The position numbers were made by a program, and so were the translations under genes. The notes under the pieces are model-generated. The model saw nothing but the letters and a program-made list of their open reading frames with translations, was not told the origin of the DNA and did no database searches. A stretch of DNA of 63,479 nt, counting the filler, from Folioceros fuciformis (taxonomy: Eukaryota), in the NCBI GenBank assembly GCA_049999805.1. It is 20 parts of 20 records of this genome, joined end to end, with 100 filler letters (N's around TTAATTAATTAA, not from the genome) between each part and the next. Parts side by side here need not be neighbours in the genome. Positions count along the whole stretch, not along the records: positions 9,529 to 13,467 come from JBNGIO010002387.1; positions 13,568 to 20,769 come from JBNGIO010002388.1; positions 20,870 to 22,734 come from JBNGIO010002389.1; 17 more parts are not named here. The stretch is one strand, 5' to 3'. Shown piece by piece: positions 11,931 to 22,834 of this stretch (position 1 is the stretch's first letter; every line of letters starts with the position of its first letter).

Positions 11931-13679
11931 AATAAAGGCATTTATAGTGACTCTTTTATGTGCAAGTTGTTAAGTCATTTTAGATATTATACTTCATAAT
12001 ATTTATAGATAGTTTTTTTAATATCTTTTGAACCTACCATTGGATGCAGCGCATAAGTCTTCTATGTTGGTGAACTTTTTTCCTTTTTCTTTAACATCAG
12101 CATTGGCATTTGTAGCTATCTATATTCAAACAAAATGTCATGTAAGTTTTCAAAACTATTGAATTCAATAATAAAAAATAGGAAAAAAGTCCTCATATAC
12201 TATGCATCTTATGGAGTTATATAAAGAATAGGAATATAATATAAGAAAAAACCTTACGTATTAATAAATAGACCCTAGGGTTTTGAGTTTTTTTAATATT
12301 GATCTAAGCTTTGACAAGCATTATGGCTTCCTCTTTATTCCAATTATAGTTTCTCGGGTTTTAATTCAAGGTTGCCCCCCTCCAAACCCTTCATCTTTTG
12401 GGTTGAAGAGGATGCCCCCTTGCAAATCTCTCTTAGGGGCTTGAGGGGCTGTATCCAAGGGGCACTTTTGGCCCTCTCCCATCTCCTTTGAACAAAATGT
12501 TGTCTTCCATTTATCAAACATAGACTACAATCTAATTGGAATGATTATCTTGCTCTTCTAATTGAAGTCTTCGAACCATTTTTTTTTTCTTCTAATTGAA
12601 GTCTATATATTAGAGTTTAGGGAATTCAACTCTAGTTCATTTTCTTTCCCTATTCTGAGCACCAAAGTAGCGTCAAGTCATTGTCAACTCATAATGCATT
12701 CACTAGTCAAGTCATTGTCAACTCATAATGCATTCACTAGTCAATGTCTGTCAAAGAAGGGGGTCAATGTTGACATCGAGTCTAGCTTGTGATTACACTT
12801 TGTGAAGTATTGTACATAGAATGAAACATAGTAAATAACACTTGTCCTTTTTCTACTCCTAACCACTCGTTCTTTTGCTGCCCCTAGCAACATCATACTT
12901 TTCTAAGGGGAGATGTACTTGGTGGGGGTTTTGTGCAATTTATTTACTAAAAATGGTATGTGATCAGTCATAGGCAAACCTCTTTTTTGGCAACTACTAA
13001 ATTCTTTCATAAATTTATGTTGCATGAATTAGTCTACTATTTTCACTATTGGAAGTAGGGTGTCGATGTTACAAGCTTTTATAATAATTTAGGGCTAACT
13101 TATAGTGTTGTAAGGAAAATTTGTCATGAGTTGCAATTTAGGTCTAAAGCCTAGAGAATAGTGCACAATTATGTTTTTATTTTATCACTCTCACTCACTA
13201 TGAACTAGGATGAGGTGATAAAGTCTTTCTCTAGCTTCCAAATGATATATGGTTATCCTAAAATGATAACATGGTTCTTAATTTACAAGGCATTTAGGTA
13301 TAATAAAATTTAATAATAAAATTTAATCTAACTAATTATTTTTCAGAATAGAAAACCAAAAAAATAATAACTTAAACAAGTGGGGGTAATACTATTGCCT
13401 CCATTCATCTCCTTCACTTGCTTTGAGTTTGAGCCACCGACCACTTAAGTTGGTGGGAGCTCATGCANNNNNNNNNNNNNNNNNNNNNNNNNNNNNNNNN
13501 NNNNNNNNNNNTTAATTAATTAANNNNNNNNNNNNNNNNNNNNNNNNNNNNNNNNNNNNNNNNNNNNACCATGTAGTGTAGCCAGGGAATGGGAGATGAA
13601 CAACATCTGCAGCAAAAGTGTGGGAGAAATGGGGGACATGAGGAGGACCTGTGCGAGACATGAGTTGAAAGGCCAAGCA

Positions 13680-14620
13680 GTTGCTGACCAGCCACGCCAC
13701 TGCATGAAGATCCATAGCACGGCCCAAGGCTGAGCACCGCTGCTGAACTGTGACTTGTTGTGCTGCTGTAGAATGAGTGTAAAAACCCATCACTCGCTCC
13801 CATTCCTCCACATTGGGTTCCTCCCACTGCTGTGTGTCAGTGTTCAACAGCATGCCAGCTCCCTGCCCTCTATATGCATGAGAGCTGGGATAGCTCACCA
13901 ATGTAGGAAGGGTACTGCGTGGTTGTCCTGGGACGTTGGTGCTGTACCAGGGCTTCCTCTCAGCAGCACGAACAGGTCGGGGCTGGTGATTGCTGTCTAG
14001 GACTGTGACCAAGCTCAAGGATGGGTCCCGAGTGGTACCAGCCAACACCAATTCTAGCAAGGGTTGGGGTGCAAGGTTGGTCCAAAAATTACGCAAATGA
14101 TGTGTGTAACTGCCCACCTGTACAACATCAAGTAACAAAGGAACTCCCACATGCTGCTGGATCACAGCCATGTCCTATCGAACCTGTAGTCGAGAATCCA
14201 GCTGGGTTGGAGTGTTCTCCAAAACGTAAGCATAAGTAGGGTTGCAGGCCTGAATCCACACCAAGATGCGTTGTAGATCCCAAAAAAGAGAAGAGCGCGT
14301 ATCTTGCAAACCTGCTCCAATGCTAGCTGAGGAAAACCCTTGGCATTCCCAACTAGCCACAACAATGTCTATGGGTGGTAGGCGCTGAATGTGTCCAACC
14401 TGGATGTACTGGACATCCTTGTGGAAGGGCTGTAAACATGGCAGCCATGGCAGGTGTGCTGGAAATCGGGATTGAAGTCCCTGAATTCGAAAAGCAGCTA
14501 GCGTCCTGGCTATGGGACACTTGTCACAATAAATGTATTGGGCCACAACCAGCCCATTCTGCAGCATGGCTTCCAATCCAGTGCATAGGCCCCCAAACAG
14601 TTCCAGAACTGTCAAGCCAA
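13680..14620 (-). pseudogene. C5-cytosine DNA methyltransferase domain (DNMT3-like), one internal TAG at 14175
   Basis: Motifs in canonical order: I VLELFGGL, IV IDIVVASWECQGFS, RSSLFW, VI YVLENT, VIII HHLRNFWTNL, IX EEWERVMGF, X QRCSALGRAM. ORFs 14175..14723 and 13512..14171 are in frame. Confidence 0.92.
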
Positions 14621-14879
14621 GTGCAGAGGGTGTCCATGCTATGATGGATTGATTGACATCGCCAAGTGTTGGTTGCTCATCTGGTGCGGGAGGTGGCTGC
14701 ATCCTTTGAAGGGCCAATTGCACATGTCAGGTGACCACATGCAAGACGTCTACAGATGGGTCACCCGTGTCATTTTCCAACAATACATCCCTCAAGCACG
14801 AGGTTGCTGCTAATGACTGTCTTGGCTGGTCCATCATTCCATCCTCATCATCAAGATTGGTATCCAGCCAAGTGTCCAC

Positions 14880-15362
14880 CTACCTGGTGTCAAGAATCAA
14901 GGTGCATATAAGCACTAGTGGAGCAATCAAGGTGGCAGTGTCCACCTCACTGGCTCCATGGAGATCAAGAGGCAAGTAGGCCACCTGCTGACCTCTGTTC
15001 CTCCAATCAGGCCTATAGTAGGCGAGCTCCGACCAGTCGTCCACACCTATGCCTGGAGGGAAGAGGAACGCTTGCCCAAGAAGCACATCATAATTTGTGG
15101 CCGTGGTCACTAGACAATGCAAGGCAAGCGTCATGGAGGAGGCTGTGCCCGGCTTGAACGTAATGGTAACTGGCTGTACAGTCTCTCCACATACAGGCTC
15201 AATTGACCCAGATGTTGTCCTGATGTTCCAAGGTGATGCTTTGAGAGCATCTCCACCCAGTCGCAGCCTTGCAGCAAGGGTCTTGCTGATGATGACGGGC
15301 TGCGCGCTAGTATCCAACAGGACCATCTTTGGTGCATATCCGTTGACAGTGACATGTCCCTC
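14880..15362 (-). pseudogene. Retroviral-type aspartic protease
   Basis: VTVNG...VLLDTSAQPVIIS (DTG decayed to DTS) and YDVLLGQAFL. Confidence 0.85.
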
Positions 15363-15808
15363 TCAGTTATCCACCATGGTATTGCCAACACGCACCTTCA
15401 TGCGGTTGGTGGGCTGCACACGAGGGCAACCTGGCATGGACGTGGCACGTTGAGAGGTGTATACCCCTAGCATAGATCCCACATCCCACTGTGGAGCCAT
15501 GTCCACTGCTGAAAATGACATGTCTGTGGCTGAGGTTGTTGGCAAACCTGCAGCTCATTCAGTATCAGTTGTTCCGGCAGTCATTGTGACAAATGTTGTT
15601 GATTCTCCACTCCTCAAGGCCTGGCTCAACTGCCTAGGACTAATGCCCATGTCTTGAACTGAAAACAACGGTGCATTTGCCAAGCGTTGGGCCAATCGCT
15701 TAGTGCTCATCACCTGTGGCAAGAGATGACATCGACCCCCACCCTGAATAGGTCGGACACCCACTGTATGCGCAGGTGACTTGTCCTGTAATCCTGGACC
15801 AGCCATAT

Positions 15809-16855
15809 TTAGTGTCCATCGTCCAAGTGATCCTGTCCCCGCACCGGGATGGATGCTCTAGGAGGAAGGGGAGTGAAAGACTGAGGCATGGCAGCCCTTG
15901 CCCCACGCTGTTGTGTGACTGGTCTAGTAGATCCAGCTGCTGCAGCCATGGTCAACCATCGAAGATCTTGTCCTACCCATGTAGAAGGCAAGGGGGAACT
16001 TGGCTGTGACGCTGATGCTACCACATCTACTGTACAGGCCTCATGTGGTAGCCCATAGTCCTCATCATCCTCTATTGGTGATGCCACCAATGTGGCTGTC
16101 CCATTTGGCTTGGAAGTAGCTACGCTGCTAGAGATGCTAGCTGAAAGTGCCCCCACCTGTGTGGCAAGAGCAACCACGGTTGCTTCCAGTGAAGTGAGCT
16201 TGTCTACATTAGTAGCCACCTTGGCCTTGGCCTTCTCTTGTTGCTGTTTGTTGCGTGAGACTCCTGTATTGCCTGTAGCCGAGAGGCTTGAATCAGTGGA
16301 AGTGGGAACTGTCCCTGCAACATTTGTGGTGCCCCCTCGCTGTTGCCTTCGCTCTGGATGCTTGTGGAAGCATACAGTCACAAGATGTCCAAGCTTGTGG
16401 CAATGAGAACAAAGCAATCCTTCAAGAGGGCACTTGCAGGCCGGAGCCATGTGCTCCGGACTGCCACAGCGATTGCACAAAGCCTCCAAGGTTGCTGCAG
16501 CTCCTGCTTTGGCCGGCTTGGCTTGAGTAGACTTTGATGCCCCAGCACCTACGGTCCTAGCAGCTATGCTCTTACTAGAGAACATGCTTTGATAATGCGT
16601 GAAGGCCTTAGAATGCCTTGAGGCATATGCTGAGAATGCAATCTCCTTCTTTTCAGCCTCCTCATGCACCTGCTCCAAAGTATAACTATCTCCATACTTA
16701 TCCACAAGGGATGTGACGAGCTGAAAGTGGAAAAGTGGATCACCTTCCAACGCTGTGAGGAATTTCTGTGTTGCCTCCTGGTCTGTTAGCATTCCTGTAC
16801 CCTCTCGCAATTTCTGTAGTCGACGAAAGGTCATCTGAACAGTTTCACCTTTCAC
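15809..16855 (-). CDS. Gag-like protein with tandem CCHC zinc knuckles
   Basis: KGETVQMTFRRL (gag major-homology-like), CNRCGSPEHMAPAC, CSHCHKLGHLVTVCFHKHP. Confidence 0.85.
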   Translation of the reverse strand: MKGETVQMTFRRLQKLREGTGMLTDQEATQKFLTALEGDPLFHFQLVTSLVDKYGDSYTLEQVHEEAEKKEIAFSAYASRHSKAFTHYQSMFSSKSIAARTVGAGASKSTQAKPAKAGAAATLEALCNRCGSPEHMAPACKCPLEGLLCSHCHKLGHLVTVCFHKHPERRQQRGGTTNVAGTVPTSTDSSLSATGNTGVSRNKQQQEKAKAKVATNVDKLTSLEATVVALATQVGALSASISSSVATSKPNGTATLVASPIEDDEDYGLPHEACTVDVVASASQPSSPLPSTWVGQDLRWLTMAAAAGSTRPVTQQRGARAAMPQSFTPLPPRASIPVRGQDHLDDGH

Positions 16856-16870
16856 CTTTCACCTTTCACC
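16843..16870 (+). repeat. (TTTCACC)4 microsatellite at the 5' end of the gag ORF
   Basis: Four perfect 7-mers. Confidence 0.9.
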
Positions 16871-17159
16871 AAACCAGTTCACAACTGTGAAATGCAAAAG
16901 TCACAGCTGCAAAAAAGGACTTGTAGGGAGCTGGTCTAAAAGCTAAGCTACATGTAATGAAAGACCTAAAATATCACTGTCCACAAGAGCCCTAGCCCCT
17001 ATGCTGCAACAAGAGGAGTGTTGGCTGCAAATAGCCAACATGCCCCAACTGAAACCCTAGGTGACCAACTCCTCCAAGGCATTCAGTCCCTGGATTTCAC
17101 TTTAAATTGAACAAAAATTATACCAATGGCTTTGTCTCAGTGAGGCAAACAATCTAGTA

Positions 17160-17747
17160 TGTAACCTCTGAAACCGACACTACGAACTCTGGAAGGTTGG
17201 GAAAGCTTGCTGCAGTTGAACAGCTATTGTTGCTGCTAGCACGATTGGGGCGTGTGGGTGATGCTGCCTTGCTGTAGTTGCGTGGCCGCCTCCACCTAGC
17301 TCATTCGCTCCCACATCTTGCTTCCCTGTCCAGATTGAGATAGTTGTTGAAGTGAAGAGATTGTAGCAAAACCTTGCAGCAATCTGGGTTTGAAAGGAGT
17401 TGCGTGACACACGCAGCTTGGTGAGTCAGTAAGTTACGCCATGAACTACAACATTGGAATCAAAGGCACTGAAAACGTTCTTCATCCTAGCTCCCAATTC
17501 AAGGGGACACAAAAACATGGTTTGAGCTGCCTTCCCCCAGTTACAGCGCTGCGCGGCACAACTTCAACAACTATCGACTTCTGCCTTGGTTGCCCCTTTT
17601 GCCTAATGCCAGCCATCTTCATGATCCAACGTCCAGCTAAGTTGGCTTCACGCCCTTGCATTAGCACTGCTCCTTCCATGATGCCTTGCTAGCGTACCCT
17701 AAGTTCTGTTGTTTCCTCACGTTGCCACGTTGGGCAGTAGGGTTACA
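17160..17747 (-). mobile_element. Candidate 5' LTR (588 bp) of the DNMT-carrying element
   Basis: 7-bp terminal inverted repeat TGTAACC...GGTTACA upstream of gag; no second copy in the window to confirm it. Confidence 0.55.
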
Positions 17748-17879
17748 CCAACAACAAGTTGGGAAATACCCAACATGTGTTCAGACTCAACTTGCCTAGA
17801 AACATCTAGCTATTTCTAAGCTAGTTTGTCAAACATCTACCTTATCTAAGTTCATTTATCCTAGCATTTAAAACATATA

Positions 17880-20170
17880 TTTGCTATCCTATTCTAAACA
17901 ACATTGGCTGAGGGTTTCTTACCTAATTGGCGGTCACGTTCATGACATACAATACCTCACACACCCCAACAGAATCCGTTTGCAGAAAGACTCAACAGGT
18001 CCATACTCGAGATCTCTAGATCCCTCCTTAAACTCTCAAGCCTATCTCGTGGCTACTAGGCGAAAGCAGTATCCACCACCATTTACCTGAAAAATTGTTT
18101 GCCCACTAAGGAACTGCCAAACACTACACCCTTTGAACGTTGGACAGGCCACAGGCCCCGGATCTCCCATCTTCGGATCTTCGGCAGCCCAGCCTTTGCT
18201 CACATAGCAGATGACACCAGAAGAAAATGGGACAATAAGGGCAAAAAGATTCTCTTCATAGGCTACTCAGATCAGGTCAAAGCCTACAAGCTCTTCGACC
18301 CATCAACCCGCGAGGTAACCCTCTCTTGTAGTGTTCACTTCAAAGAACCTCACATTCTTCATACTTTCCTTCACAACATCACAATCTCTTCCCCACTTCC
18401 CACTGTTGGTATGACTGATTATTCCCCTCTTGCTTGAGGGGGGCACATTTGACCACACCCCCTCATCCTTTCTCCACGATCAAGAGGCCCCTCCACCAGC
18501 TCCTGAACCCGAACAACATGAACACATCCAAACAAACCCTCAATTAGCATCGTAGCAGCAACCACAAGTAAGTCATCCAGAACCATAGGTAAACCCCCAC
18601 CAACCTGTAGCCCATCCAATTCCATTTTAGCCTCTCCTCCAAGACGTACCGACTTTCAGGTGATCATCAAGGGATAAAAAACCCTAAAACCCTAAACCCT
18701 AAACCACCAAGAGAAGAATGGAAGAATCCACCCTACACACATGGAGACACACTAACTGGCAGAACTCCTCCTTCCGCAAAACCCATACCTACAGACACGC
18801 AGACACAAGTGGATCAGTTGCATCGCATTATGCACAAGGCGTATATACTCAGCCATTAGATGCAAGGAGTTCCCCCAACAATCGAGGAATCCCTCCGCAT
18901 ACCTGAATGGAAGGTAGTAGTTCAATCAGAGTACGATTCACTCATCTCAAACAAAACTTGGATTCTTACTGATCTACGACATAGCAGAAAGCCCATTTCT
19001 TCCAAATGGACCTTCCGAAGGAAACGTCTCACGACACAAAGCAAGACTCGTAGCCTGTGGATTTACACAAATCCCAAGCTTCAACTGTGAAGAGAGCAAG
19101 CTCTTTAGCCCAGTGGTAAAGGCAACATCTATCAAGATTCTCTTGGCTTTTGCTGCACAGCACAAACTCGACATCCATTAGGTCGACATCAAAACATCTT
19201 TCCTGTATGGAACCCTACACGAGGAGATATACATGCTGCAGCCACCCGGATTCATCAAGGACCATCAAAAGGTCTGCAAGCTGCTAAAATCACTCTACGA
19301 TCTCAAACAATCAGCACAAGTCTGGAATGAGATAGTCGACTTGTACATCAAGAAATGTGGCTTCAAGCCCCTCTCAGCTGACTGAAGCGTATACATGCTA
19401 AGGACTGATAAAGATAAGTACGTCATCATGACCTTGTACGTGGATGATAATTTCATCTTCGGTAATGACCCACAGCTGATCCAACATGTTAAGAATTTGC
19501 TCACCAAAGAATATGAGGTGGCGAACATAGGCACCCTAAGGTATGCCCTAGGAGTCTAGTTCGAGAGGAGCACAGATGATCACTCCTTTTTCATACACCA
19601 GGAGCACTGCATCGAGCAACTCCTCACCAAGTTCAACCTGAAAGATGCGAAACCTATATCCACTCCCATGGCCACAGGACAGAAGGTATCAGCCTTAGAC
19701 AACCCAACAACACCCGAGCAGACAATAGAGATGGCAAATGTGCTCTATAGTGAGGCTATAGGAAGTTTACTCAACCTGTCCATCTGGACAAGACCAGACA
19801 TCGCCCAAGCTGTGAACGTGGCATTGAGGTACCTGTCGGACCCCGGCATGGCCCACTAGACCTGCATGAAGAGAATCCTATATTACCTAAAGGGAACAAA
19901 CTCACTCGGCATAGCATATAGAGGTGATTACAGTACCCAAAAGTGCCTACTGATCTCCTTCTCAAATGCCGACTGGGCATGCGACCCTGACACCCGCAAG
20001 TCTACCTCCGCATACTGCATGATGATAAACACAAGGGCTATCTCCTGGGCATGCAAGAAAATGTAGATAGTATGCCTGTCATCAACAGAGGTGGAGTACG
20101 CAGCCACATCCCTAACCACAAAAGAAATACTCTTGATCCGCCAGTTCCTGCACGATGTCGTGCTCCCGGT
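17880..20170 (+). mobile_element. Degenerate Ty1/copia pol (integrase-RT-RNase H)
   Basis: TPFERWTGHRPRISHLRIFGSPAFAHI, H*VDIKTSFL, LYVDD, FSNADWACDPDTRKSTS; integrase lies before RT. Confidence 0.93.
18678..18705 (-). repeat. Short interstitial telomere-like tract (TTTTAGGG/TTTAGGG)
   Basis: AAAACCCTAAAACCCTAAACCCTAAACC inside the copia integrase-RT spacer. Confidence 0.75.
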
Positions 20171-20315
20171 ATCAGCTGTTGTGAGCACTTCAATTCAGTC
20201 CATCAGCTGCAAGGCTAATGTCTTGTGCACTCAGAAAAAGAGAACAAAAAGATTGTCCATGCCTTCCCCCCCCAGCTGATGGACGGGCTGAAAGCATGAA
20301 AGAGCACGACAAGAG

Positions 20316-20768
20316 CTACACTCCTAGGCTGGTCACACCTGCTGTGTCCGGTTGGCACTTGGGACAATACCAAAGTTGCTCCGGTACATGGGTAAGTGGT
20401 GGCTGTAAGCAGAAAAGGTGGAAACCCCCATTGCAGCCATCACAAAGTAACATGAGGTCAGCATCATCTGTGCGTTGACAAACCTGACAAGGATAGTCCG
20501 TTGGTGGAATCCAATCTGCTGTGACAATAGAAGGATCAAGATTGGGCAAGTGGCAAGGTGCGCAATTCTTGGTGTGGTCAGTGGTGATCCGACCATCTGA
20601 GCCTTGCAATACCAGGATGCCATTAGGCTTGACCTCCTGAATCCGCAACACATGCCGACTGCTGGAAGTGTCCAGGGTATCTGAGGTCTGCCTCTGCAGG
20701 TAAACAAAGTCTCCTACCTGGAACTTCCTGAGCTTGGGCCTAAAACTGCCTCCCCTAGTGTGTGCATA
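20316..20768 (-). CDS. Ty3/gypsy-type integrase C-terminal region fused to a PHD finger (PHD 20355-20489); 5' partial
   Basis: Open from the contig edge: YAHTRGGSFRPKLRKFQVGDFVYL (FxxGDxV integrase C-terminal motif), then CQVC-x11-CDGC-x4-H-x2-C-x14-CPKC (C4HC3); purine tract GGGGGGGGAAGG follows the stop. Confidence 0.88.
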   Translation of the reverse strand, partial: YAHTRGGSFRPKLRKFQVGDFVYLQRQTSDTLDTSSSRHVLRIQEVKPNGILVLQGSDGRITTDHTKNCAPCHLPNLDPSIVTADWIPPTDYPCQVCQRTDDADLMLLCDGCNGGFHLFCLQPPLTHVPEQLWYCPKCQPDTAGVTSLGV

Positions 20769-20869
20769 ANNNNNNNNNNNNNNNNNNNNNNNNNNNNNNN
20801 NNNNNNNNNNNNNTTAATTAATTAANNNNNNNNNNNNNNNNNNNNNNNNNNNNNNNNNNNNNNNNNNNN

Positions 20870-22734
20870 AGGCTGGGTGTCCGAGTCATTCGGCGACCCC
20901 GGTAGCAGAAGGGGCTGCCGGTAGCCGAACCAGGAGAATGGTAGTCGAGGGGACTACCGGTAGTTCGGTAGTCCACGGGACTACCAGTAGTCGGGTAGCC
21001 GACGGGGCTACCGGCGGCCTAGCAAGGCCCAGGATAGCTGAAGGACCAACCCCGGAAACGATGGAGGAAGCAGTAGGGGCGCCTGCCCCTAGGCGCTCCA
21101 GGAGGGTGACCCGTACCAGGAGGATAGAGCTGGAGGAGGCAACAGCTGGGCAGGCAGAGAAACTTCAGGTACCCCAGCAGGAGGGGGAGCAGGCAACCCG
21201 AGGTAGCCCAAAGAAGGACGGGGTAAGCACCTCTGTTATGACAGAAGGTTGGATTGTGCTGCAGTATGAGGAGGAGGCCTCCTATGTGCCACGCCTGTAT
21301 GTAGAAGGGGCCAGAGTTCTGAAGCTGTTTCTATATGTACATATGGGCACAGGAGGGACGCGGGGCTACGTTCTACAGTTGAGGACGCGTCTGGGACTCT
21401 ACCACTACAGCTGGTGGGTGACAGGACTGCCCCACTGCTATGCGGAGGCAGTTCTGGAGGAACTGACGGAAGTGAAGGAGGAACCTCTCAACAACCAGAG
21501 AAGGAGGAAGAGTGGTGGACCAGAGCGGCGGGACCCACCCGCTCCGCCAACCAGGTCTAGCAGTAGCAACAGTGATGTGGAGATCCTCTGGGAGGATCTG
21601 CCGGAACAACGGAGGGGCAGAAGAGCGAGAGGAGGAGCAGCAAGAGGTGACACATGAAGGCCAGGAGGAAGCCGCCAGCGGCGTGGGAAAGAGTGATAGT
21701 AAATGCAGGCTAGAATAGGATTTTTTTAGAGTGCTTTATTTGGACCTAAGTCGCTCCGAATTTAAGAGCGCAGCTCCCCTGCTTGACAGACTTTATGGCG
21801 GAAAAAACCGCCATCACCGTGTACAAGAGGCCGGTTTGAAGGCCTAAGAAATCAGCAAGAACCAGCGATGGCTGTTGCTGGACAGGAGGTCCAGGCAAGC
21901 GAGCGCACGTAGCAACCTGGGGTGCGGGTGTAGGTGGTGGGCGCTCCGTGATCAAGCTCGGGGACGAATCGGGAGGAGGAGCCTCGCCGAGTGGGAGAGA
22001 AGCTCCCCAGCTATCCTCGAGGTGGTCACGTGGGGTGGTGCGGGTGTCGGAGCCGAATCCGCGAGTGCGGAGTGGAAGGGACTCCTCTTCCCTTAGCCCC
22101 AGTACCTCACCATTCCTCAACATTAATAGGAGCCCAGGAGGGGGCATCGCTGAGAAAGAAGACTGAAGAACTGGAGAAAGGAGAGCGCGGGAGTGCGTGT
22201 GTGCGAGAAGGAGAAGGAGTGAGTGGCCAAGTAGTGGGTGAGAGCGAACGCGAAAAGGAAACCAGAAGGAGTGGAAGCAGGAAGTGAAGCGGAGTGGAAG
22301 TGATTCGACGACTGTTAAGACGGGCAGAATGTATACAGAGAACCGGTGTGGGGTAAGAGAGAACCAAGCCGGGGAAACTCCGGAGGTAAGGGGGGTAATG
22401 TGTGTGGGGTGCAACGAGACGTGGTGTGTATGTGTGACTGGTCGCGATGAGACTGGAGAGGCTGTGAAGAAGCTGAATTGAGACTGCAGGGGCTGAATCT
22501 AAGGTGTGAGATCACGCGGGTGGAAGGTGTCCGACAGATTGCTGCTGTTCATGTGTGCGTGCGCTTGTTTCTGAGGTGAGTGAGGCGGTTTTGTGGTGAA
22601 CCAAGAAGGGAAGCGCAAAAGGGGATGCGTGGGCAGGAGGTAATCAGTCGAGTAGGAACGACCCGGTGGAATAGAAAATCCTAGAGAAAGGGAACTAAGA
22701 GAGAGAGAGTGTGTGGGACCCACGAGTTGTAGAC
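20870..22734 (+). mobile_element. Family C repeat, copy 1 (accessory ORF C-terminus plus convergent minus-strand ORF)
   Basis: High similarity to 59520-60836 and to 30727-31300 (reverse). Confidence 0.85.
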
Positions 22735-22834
22735 NNNNNNNNNNNNNNNNNNNNNNNNNNNNNNNNNNNNNNNNNNNNTTAATTAATTAANNNNNNNNNN
22801 NNNNNNNNNNNNNNNNNNNNNNNNNNNNNNNNNN

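Larger units (their letters stand above)
13568..17747 (-). mobile_element. Ty3/gypsy-type LTR retrotransposon 5' half: LTR-gag-protease-C5 DNA methyltransferase (cut off by contig end)
   Basis: Candidate LTR 17160-17747, gag with two CCHC knuckles, retropepsin, then a DNMT domain in the protease frame. RT is not visible, so the gypsy assignment rests on the gag and protease type. Confidence 0.85.

Noticed and set aside
13680-14620. Bacterial restriction-modification methylase or a host DNMT gene
   Set aside because: In frame with a retropepsin downstream of gag, intronless, no endonuclease partner, decayed like the surrounding TEs.
13568-20768. One continuous element containing both PHD-integrase and DNMT
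   Set aside because: Order is wrong (integrase end lies upstream of gag), a copia fragment intervenes, and the sequence after the PHD purine tract does not match the candidate LTR.
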